Source: a virus. From it: a DNA stretch of 30,071 nt. The stretch lies in the IMG/VR virus record IMGVR_UViG_3300007520_000004; one strand, written 5' to 3'. The translations under genes and the position numbers were made by a program. The notes beneath the pieces were generated by a model, which was not told where the DNA came from, made no database searches, and worked only from the letters and a program-made list of their open reading frames with translations. Below are positions 6,620 through 12,637 of this stretch, piece after piece; the first letter of the stretch is position 1, and each line of letters begins with the position of its first letter.

Positions 6620-7968
6620 ATTTAGAGGATATTTATTTTGACAAGGGCATCCGAGAATATGCTTTGAAGCTGACCTCTGATAAAGACGAAGCTGAGGATT
6701 TAGTCTCTATTGCCTTTGAAATTTGCCTAAGCAAAAAGCCAGTCGATAACCTCGCTGGCTATTTTGCTATGGTAATGCGAAACCAATGGTTTAAAAAGAT
6801 AAACACCAAAGACCCGTACTTTGACAACGAAAGCAACGAGCATCCCGAAGTGGAGGAGGTGCTTAGTAGAATGGGACACTACCACTCTAATATACTAAAG
6901 GCGGTTTACAACGGAAACAATCTCACACAGATACATAAAGGGGCATCAATAGGATATAGAACCCTTAAAAGCGACTACAAAAAAGCTAAAAAAGAATTTA
7001 AAATTATGTATGAAAACAATATTAAGATAGCTATAATAGTCCGCAGTATTAGCGGAGTGGCTTACCATAGATTAATAATGCCAATGGCTAAGATGAGCAG
7101 AGACTATGGCATCGAGGTTGTTTGCTTGCTAAACAAGGAGGACGAGTTCTTTGAAAATCTGCAAGGGGTTACCCACGTAATTTACAACCGCAATATCTCG
7201 GGTCTAATGAAGCCAGAGGAGTCCTATATGAAACTTAAAGCAAAAGGCATCAAGGTTATTTGCGACATAGATGATTATTGGATACTACCCAAGAGCCACC
7301 CAATGAAGCACTATTACAGTAAAAGCAACCTTGACAAGTGTATAGTTAAAAACCTACAATTAGCGGACGTGGTATGGACTACTACCAAGCTATTGGCTGA
7401 TAAGATAATGCCATATAACAAGAATGTAGAAGTAATCAAGAATGCTTTAGACCCTATGGAAAAACAATTTGCCTACGAGGACCTAAGTATTAACTTCGAT
7501 ACCTTCTTCTATTCAGGCGGCAGCACACATATAAGAGACTTAAAGTTATTAGGCAACGCATTTGAGAATGAGAAGCTAATAATCAAAGCCCCGACGATAC
7601 CCAAGAGGATGATAGCAATTAAAAGACAGTTGAGCGAAGTCCAAGACTATGCTAAGGACTATGAACATTGTGGTATATGCGTGATACCATTGAAGGAAAA
7701 TACATTCAATAGCTGCAAGTCTGAGCTTAAAATGATAGAAGCTGGACACTTTGCAAAGCCAGTTATAGTAAGTGCCGTCGACCCTTATAATTTGCTCTCA
7801 ACAAATAAAAACTCATTAAAGGTATATAATAATGAATGGGCATCAGCAATAAAGAAAATCAAAGGCAATCATATTATGCAAGTTGAACTTGGTTTAAAGC
7901 TAAAAGAGGACGTGATGTTGAAGCACGATTTAACGAAAGAGAACGAAAAGAGATTACAAACATTATGA
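6616..7968 (+). CDS. Sigma-70/ECF-like N-terminal domain fused in frame to a GT-B-like glycosyltransferase
   Basis: The first ~130 aa carry a region-2-like segment (DEAEDLVSIAFEICLSKKP..LAGYFAMVMRNQWFKK) and a region-4-like HTH (NNLTQIHKGASIGYRTLKSDYKKAKKEF). The rest carries KIAIIVRSISGVAYHRLIMP, ICDIDDYW, FFYSGGSTHIRD and SELKMIEAGHFAKPVIVS (GT1/GT-B-like). TTG start overlaps the upstream stop. An in-frame ATG lies at 7006. Confidence 0.5.
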   Translation: MNLEDIYFDKGIREYALKLTSDKDEAEDLVSIAFEICLSKKPVDNLAGYFAMVMRNQWFKKINTKDPYFDNESNEHPEVEEVLSRMGHYHSNILKAVYNGNNLTQIHKGASIGYRTLKSDYKKAKKEFKIMYENNIKIAIIVRSISGVAYHRLIMPMAKMSRDYGIEVVCLLNKEDEFFENLQGVTHVIYNRNISGLMKPEESYMKLKAKGIKVICDIDDYWILPKSHPMKHYYSKSNLDKCIVKNLQLADVVWTTTKLLADKIMPYNKNVEVIKNALDPMEKQFAYEDLSINFDTFFYSGGSTHIRDLKLLGNAFENEKLIIKAPTIPKRMIAIKRQLSEVQDYAKDYEHCGICVIPLKENTFNSCKSELKMIEAGHFAKPVIVSAVDPYNLLSTNKNSLKVYNNEWASAIKKIKGNHIMQVELGLKLKEDVMLKHDLTKENEKRLQTL

Positions 7969-8150
7969 CTAACGAACTAGAAGTAGAGGTAAGAGAGATG
8001 CATAAACAAAAGGGCGGTAGGCTTAGCAGAGAATTAAAGCCTGAGTTTATTAAGTTGTGTAGGGAGGACTTTAACGCTAACCCCGATATGGAATGTGGCA
8101 AGTGCATTTACAAGCACGTGATAAAACTTTACGATAAATATTTTAAATGA
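7965..8150 (+). CDS. Hypothetical protein (61 aa)
   Basis: ATGA-coupled on both sides, between the glycosyltransferase and the ParB-like gene. Confidence 0.5.
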   Translation: MTNELEVEVREMHKQKGGRLSRELKPEFIKLCREDFNANPDMECGKCIYKHVIKLYDKYFK

Positions 8151-8659
8151 TAAAGATAAAAGACATAAAGACCAACCCAAACAATCCCAGACTTATAAAG
8201 GATGAGAAGTTTGCAAAATTAGTCAAATCCATAAACGAGTTTCCTAAGATGATGGAGCTACGACCTTTAGTGGTTAATGCAGACAATATGATTATAGGCG
8301 GAAATATGCGTTTTAAGGCAATTAAAGAGCTTGGGTATACTACCATACCAAAAGAATGGGTAAAGCGAGCAGACGGGCTTACAGAGGGCGAGACAAGGCG
8401 ATTCATCATAGCGGACAACGTAGGCTTTGGAGAACACGATTGGGATATGCTGGCGAATGACTTTGATGTAAAGGAATTAGAAGATTGGGGTCTTGATGGT
8501 TTTCCGTTTGAAAATGTGGCAGACGAGCCTAAGGACTTGTCTGACGACTTAAGAGAAACCTTCGAGGTTATAATAGAATGCACCTCAGAAAGAGAGCAAG
8601 AGCAAGTGTTTAATAGTATGATAAAAGATGGATACAAATGCCGAGTTTTAACATTATAA
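8147..8659 (+). CDS. ParB/Srx N-terminal-domain (ParB-like nuclease domain) protein
   Basis: DIKTNPNNPRLI, RPLVVNADNMIIGGNMRFKAIKELG, RRFIIADNVGFGEHDWDML: the ParB-N pattern typical of the phage/plasmid type that is often fused to DNA methylases. Confidence 0.75.
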   Translation: MIKIKDIKTNPNNPRLIKDEKFAKLVKSINEFPKMMELRPLVVNADNMIIGGNMRFKAIKELGYTTIPKEWVKRADGLTEGETRRFIIADNVGFGEHDWDMLANDFDVKELEDWGLDGFPFENVADEPKDLSDDLRETFEVIIECTSEREQEQVFNSMIKDGYKCRVLTL

Positions 8660-9339
8660 AAGAAAGTAATCCGACAGAGACTTATAGGGTCTCAAGTGTT
8701 TTGAATATGTTTGATTTAGATATTTCTAAAATAAAAGAACATTTCGAGGGGAATATAGACATAGAAGGTAAAGACTGGAATGTAGGTTTAATAGTTGGGG
8801 GGTCTGGAACGGGAAAATCTACGATAGCAAAAGAAGTCTTTGGCGAAAATTACTTTACTGAAAACATCTACGAGTCCGAAACGGTTATAGACGATATGCC
8901 ACAGGAAAAGAGCGTAAAAGAAATAACAAAAACATTTACAAGCGTAGGTTTTGCATCTCCACCAAGTTGGTTAAAACCTTATAGCGTTTTATCTAATGGC
9001 GAAAAAATGAGGGTGGATTTAGCAAATTGTATTTTGCAGGAAAAAGAAATAATTGTATTTGATGAATTTACAAGCGTAGTTAATCGAGAGGTCGCAAAGA
9101 CTGGCAGCTTTGCAATATCAAAGGCAGTAAAAAAACTAAATAAGAAATTCATAGCAGTAGCGTGTCATTCCGATATTATAGAATGGCTTGAGCCTGATTG
9201 GATTTATAACACTGATGAACAGAGGTTTTTTTTTGCCCTAAAAAATACAAAAGACCAGCTATGGAACTTCAAATCTTTAGGATTGGGAATGAGAATAAAA
9301 AACGAGTTTGGGAAGTATTCAGGAAGTATCACTATCTAA
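8638..9339 (+). CDS. Soluble ABC-type ATPase (single nucleotide-binding domain, no membrane domain)
   Basis: Walker A GGSGTGKST, signature-like LSNGEKMR, Walker B IIVFDEFTS, H-loop ACHSD. The 3' end contains an in-phase T9 run (FFF). Confidence 0.7.
   Translation: MPSFNIIKESNPTETYRVSSVLNMFDLDISKIKEHFEGNIDIEGKDWNVGLIVGGSGTGKSTIAKEVFGENYFTENIYESETVIDDMPQEKSVKEITKTFTSVGFASPPSWLKPYSVLSNGEKMRVDLANCILQEKEIIVFDEFTSVVNREVAKTGSFAISKAVKKLNKKFIAVACHSDIIEWLEPDWIYNTDEQRFFFALKNTKDQLWNFKSLGLGMRIKNEFGKYSGSITI
9226..9234 (+). other. T9 run / U UUU UUU slippery site at the ATPase-GNAT junction
   Basis: TTT TTT TTT lies in phase with 8638..9339. The -1 frame opens at 9219 and is continuous with the GNAT ORF. 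Confidence 0.5.
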
Positions 9340-9755
9340 ATACAAATTTACACCCAGCAGCAGAACAATGGATTGGATTAATTAACGGTGAATTGGCTTG
9401 TCATACTGGTATTATTCAGTTTCCAATGCGTAAAGGGTGGAAGCGTGTTCATAGAATGGTTGTGCTACCAGATTACCAAGGTATCGGGATAGGAACGGCT
9501 TTTGAAAATTACACAAGCCAATACTATGCAGATTTAGGATGGAATGTAAATGTAACAACAACAACGCCAGCGTTAGTCCATTCATTATGTAGGTCGAAAA
9601 AATGGAGTTTAGTAAGGGCAAATAGGGTTAAAACAACTTGGGCTAATTTTAAAAAATATAATACAGATGTAGGCAAAGGGAGTAAATCAATGGAAGCTCT
9701 AGCAAAAAATAGCAGTATTAACAGAATAACCTACTCCTTTAATTTTATTAAATAA
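9261..9755 (+). CDS. GNAT-family acyltransferase
   Basis: RMVVLPDYQGIGIGTAF is the GNAT motif A (Q/RxxGxG/A). Overlaps the ATPase ORF by 79 nt in the -1 frame. Confidence 0.7.
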   Translation: MELQIFRIGNENKKRVWEVFRKYHYLNTNLHPAAEQWIGLINGELACHTGIIQFPMRKGWKRVHRMVVLPDYQGIGIGTAFENYTSQYYADLGWNVNVTTTTPALVHSLCRSKKWSLVRANRVKTTWANFKKYNTDVGKGSKSMEALAKNSSINRITYSFNFIK

Positions 9756-9774
9756 TACAGAACGTTTACAGAAC
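9756..9774 (+). repeat. Tandem 8-bp repeat TACAGAAC-gtt-TACAGAAC upstream of terS
   Basis: Read directly in the 26-nt intergenic gap before 9782. Confidence 0.6.
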
Positions 9775-9781
9775 AAACACA

Positions 9782-10144
9782 ATGAGTAAAGAGGACTTAA
9801 TACCATTCAAGAAAGGCGAGAGCGGAAACCCTAACGGCAGACCTAAAGGCGTGCCTAATTCTAAGACTAGGCTACTACGGTTATTAGAGATTACTCAGAA
9901 CGTTAAGAACCCTATCACTGGCGAGCTCGAGGACTTCTCTATTGCTGAGCGTATGGACTTGGCTATATTAAACAAAGCACTCAAAGGAGACATAAGAGCG
10001 TATCAGGAGTTAATGGATAGACTAGAGGGCAAGGCAAGACAAACTACAGACGTTAATCAGGAGATAGTCTACAAATCTTTAGATATTAATATAATAGACA
10101 CGGGCGTACCATTTGCTGATAACGAGAAAGGAATAGTTGATTAA
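9782..10144 (+). CDS. Putative terminase small subunit
   Basis: N-terminal KKGESGNPNGRPKGVPN motif, common in small-terminase-like (DUF5681-type) proteins. Lies immediately upstream of and overlapping terL. Confidence 0.5.
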   Translation: MSKEDLIPFKKGESGNPNGRPKGVPNSKTRLLRLLEITQNVKNPITGELEDFSIAERMDLAILNKALKGDIRAYQELMDRLEGKARQTTDVNQEIVYKSLDINIIDTGVPFADNEKGIVD

Positions 10145-11294
10145 GACTGGTGGGCTATATCGCTTAAACTATAACTCAACCGCTGACATAGTAGTCAATC
10201 AAGGAGGGACAAGTTCTGGAAAAACTTACGCTATCCTCCAAGTTCTATTCAGCCTTGCTATAAATTCAGAATGTACTACCACCGTAGTAGGTCAGGATAT
10301 ACCCAATCTAAAGGTAGGAGCGTTAAGGGATGCCTTAGACATCATTAATGCAGACGAAGCTATCAGGCAGCAGTTAGTGTTTTACAATCGTTCTGAGAGG
10401 GTGCTAAGTTTTCGCAATGGTTCAATCATAGAGTTTAATAGCTATGACAACGAGCAAGATGCTAAGTCGGGTAAGCGAGACTACTTGTTTATAAACGAAG
10501 CCAACGGCATACCCTACAACGTATTCGAGCAACTATCTTTGAGGACTAGAAAGAAAGTGTTTATAGACTACAATCCAGATACTAGCTTTTGGGTACACGA
10601 CAAAGTAATACCGTTAGAAACTACGGAGCTGATAATATCAGACCATAGACATAACCCATTCTTAACTGATAAGACTAGGGCGAAGATTGAAGGGCTGAAA
10701 GATAAGGACCTTGACTTGTGGAAGGTATACGCTCGTGGTATCACTGGACGTATAGAGGGCTTAGTATTAAAGAAATGGTATACTACCACAGAGAGCTTTG
10801 ATGATAAGGAGTTAATCGGCTACGGGATTGACTTCGGATTCACCAACGACCCTACCGCAATGGTAGAAGTAAGGATGCAAGACGGGGAGCTATGGATTAA
10901 AGAGATTATATACGAGACGGGATTAACTAACCAAGATATAAGCAGCAGAATGGAAGTCTTAGATATAAGCAAGGGTACACTTATTGTAGCTGATAGTGCA
11001 GAGCCTAAGAGCATAGAAGAACTTAGACGGCTTCGCTGGACGGTAGACGGTGTAAAGAAAGGAAAGGATAGCGTTATGTTTGGGATTAATCTATTGAAGG
11101 GTTACATTATAAACGTAGACGCTAAGAGTAAGAATTTAATAAAAGAACTTGAGCAGTATCGCTGGAAGGTAGACAAGAATGGAGACGGTCTAAACGTCCC
11201 TATTGACACCTACAACCACGCAATAGATGCTCTTAGATATTTAGTGATGCACAAATTTAGTAAAAAAGGATACGGAAAATATTATGTTATATGA
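10137..11294 (+). CDS. terL: Terminase large subunit (PBSX / Terminase_3-like)
   Basis: Walker A-like GGTSSGKTYAIL, Walker B-like DYLFINEA, and nuclease-domain patterns YGIDFGFTNDPTAMV and DTYNHAIDALRY. TTG start. Confidence 0.85.
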   Translation: MIKTGGLYRLNYNSTADIVVNQGGTSSGKTYAILQVLFSLAINSECTTTVVGQDIPNLKVGALRDALDIINADEAIRQQLVFYNRSERVLSFRNGSIIEFNSYDNEQDAKSGKRDYLFINEANGIPYNVFEQLSLRTRKKVFIDYNPDTSFWVHDKVIPLETTELIISDHRHNPFLTDKTRAKIEGLKDKDLDLWKVYARGITGRIEGLVLKKWYTTTESFDDKELIGYGIDFGFTNDPTAMVEVRMQDGELWIKEIIYETGLTNQDISSRMEVLDISKGTLIVADSAEPKSIEELRRLRWTVDGVKKGKDSVMFGINLLKGYIINVDAKSKNLIKELEQYRWKVDKNGDGLNVPIDTYNHAIDALRYLVMHKFSKKGYGKYYVI

Positions 11295-11868
11295 TTTAAC
11301 AGTTGGTCAATACCAGCTACTTAACGAGATAGACGAGGAGCTATCAATGATTGAGCAGAACATCTATGCAGTGTCTGCAATAAAGGGTATAACCTACGAA
11401 GAAGCTAGCAGGATAAAGATGACGGAGTTCAGCAAGCTCATAGAAGGTATAAGCGAGTTTAACATTAAGCTACTTGAAAAGCTAAGGATAAACAATTCTA
11501 TTGTCTTAAACGGTGTTAAATACCACGTAGAGCACAAGCCTGACAAACTAAGCAGTGGGCAACTGTTAGACGTTCTAAACATACGGAGCAAGAATCAAGG
11601 CAAAGCCGTAGAGGTTATGGATTTGCTATTGGCTGCTATGGCTAGACCTAAAGGCAAAGAGTATGGAGACGATGGCTTGAATATAAATGAGAGAGCCGCG
11701 TTGATTAGAGATGCTAAACTTTCAGAGGTTTGGAATGTGTTTGTTTTTTTTTGGAATCTTTGGAACAACTACTTCAACGATTCAGAGGACTCTTTAACAA
11801 AGTGGATGGAGGAGACTCCGAAGAAAGTGCAGGAGATTTTGGACAACGATGGGGATTATTCAGCATAA
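11284..11868 (+). CDS. Hypothetical virion-assembly protein; 0-frame product of a candidate G/GT-type frameshift pair
   Basis: 194 aa. Contains a T9 run at 11744..11752, with a -1 frame open from 11718 to 11993. Confidence 0.45.
   Translation: MLYDLTVGQYQLLNEIDEELSMIEQNIYAVSAIKGITYEEASRIKMTEFSKLIEGISEFNIKLLEKLRINNSIVLNGVKYHVEHKPDKLSSGQLLDVLNIRSKNQGKAVEVMDLLLAAMARPKGKEYGDDGLNINERAALIRDAKLSEVWNVFVFFWNLWNNYFNDSEDSLTKWMEETPKKVQEILDNDGDYSA
11744..11752 (+). other. T9 run / U UUU UUU slippery site
   Basis: Codons GTT TTT TTT TGG (..VFFW..) in the 11284 frame. The heptamer T TTT TTT lies at 11745..11751. Confidence 0.5.
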
Positions 11869-11993
11869 TGGCAGAGATGGCAAAATTACACAACATAAGC
11901 ATAGACGGGACAACAAAAATGGGAGCGATTGAGTTTTTAAATTGGTGGGCATACTTAACAGAAAAAGCAGATTATGAGCGAGCTTCAAGATAG
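11868..11993 (+). CDS. Small ORF (41 aa), or the C-terminal part of a -1 frameshift product
   Basis: TAATG-coupled ATG at 11868 gives MAEMAKLHNISIDGTTKMGAIEFLNWWAYLTEKADYERASR. The same frame is open upstream back to 11718. Confidence 0.3.
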   Translation: MAEMAKLHNISIDGTTKMGAIEFLNWWAYLTEKADYERASR

Positions 11994-12516
11994 GTTATTA
12001 GCAAACTTAGATAGCTATTGGCAAAAGATAGTAGACGACCTTGTAAAGTCTCTCTATGACGTGGGAAGGGTAGCGAGTGGTGTAACTGCTCAAAATATAG
12101 GTGCGTTAAATTCAGACCCTATAAAACTAACGGCAAGTGGGTTTAGTGTCATTATTGCAATGCCTGACTACTACCAGTTCTTAGACGAGGGTGTAAGTGG
12201 GGCTCAGTTCAATAAAGGTATATCAAGATTTAAGTATACAGACAAGATGCCGCCTATAAAAGCCATACGAAAGTTTATGCTTAACAGAGGTATTAACTCA
12301 CCTAAAAGAAGCAACACTAAGAGCGGTAAACGCAGAGACGCTGAGAGCATACGCAACGGGATAGCATTTGCAATAGCTCGCAGCATTTGGTCGAAGGGAT
12401 TAAAGAAAACAAACTTCTATTCAAAGGTGATAAACGACAAGCAACTTGAAGTATTTGAAAGACAGTTATTAGAGCAGTACGGAGAATTTATTTTAGAAAT
12501 TATTAGGATAGATTAA
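11974..12516 (+). CDS. Putative HK97 gp10-like head-tail / tail-completion protein
   Basis: VIIAMPDYYQFLDEGVSG resembles the gp10-family ..YA.fvEfGT motif. Assignment is tentative. Followed by a strong terminator. Confidence 0.4.
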   Translation: MSELQDRLLANLDSYWQKIVDDLVKSLYDVGRVASGVTAQNIGALNSDPIKLTASGFSVIIAMPDYYQFLDEGVSGAQFNKGISRFKYTDKMPPIKAIRKFMLNRGINSPKRSNTKSGKRRDAESIRNGIAFAIARSIWSKGLKKTNFYSKVINDKQLEVFERQLLEQYGEFILEIIRID

Positions 12517-12524
12517 AAAAAGAT

Positions 12525-12532
12525 TATATTCG
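12525..12532 (+). promoter_or_regulatory. -7 box-like TATATTCG(CA)
   Basis: Near match to the Bacteroidota TAnnTTTG element and the same TAyATTyGCA string as other boxes in this genome. No ORF follows before the terminator. Confidence 0.3.
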
Positions 12533-12562
12533 CATAAGTAATTTGCATTTGTTCATATTGTT

Positions 12563-12595
12563 AAAAGGGGTGGCTTGTAAACTGCCCCCTTTTTT
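12563..12595 (+). terminator. Rho-independent terminator
   Basis: AAAAGGGGtGGC-ttgtaaact-GCCCCCTTTT followed by a T run. GC-rich stem plus U tract. Confidence 0.7.
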
Positions 12596-12623
12596 ATTAC
12601 CCTAAATTTTAAAGGGCAAATAA

Positions 12624-12637
12624 GTATATATAAGTAG
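12624..12637 (+). promoter_or_regulatory. GTATATATAAGTAG motif abutting the ATG of 12638 (candidate late promoter / leaderless start)
   Basis: A copy identical over 13-14 nt abuts the GTG of 18748. Lies just downstream of a terminator, so transcription must re-initiate. Confidence 0.4.

Noticed and set aside
6976-6989. A6 run (6979..6984) at the sigma/glycosyltransferase domain boundary, with a TAA in the -1 frame at 6987, as a way to release a free ~124-aa sigma-like protein
   Set aside because: C AAA AAA G is not a canonical X XXY YYZ site, and A6 is short for transcriptional slippage. Stops in alternative frames are frequent in AT-rich DNA. It is noted only as something proteomics could exclude.
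8143-8637. 164-aa minus-strand ORF antisense to the ParB-like gene
   Set aside because: Ser/Leu/Phe-rich low-complexity translation. It is fully embedded antisense to an ORF with clear ParB motifs, so it is a typical shadow ORF.
11730-11993. Track ORF of 87 aa starting at TTG 11730, read as an independent gene
   Set aside because: Independent initiation at this TTG inside another ORF is unlikely. The open frame is better explained as a -1 frameshift extension or by the TAATG-coupled ATG at 11868.
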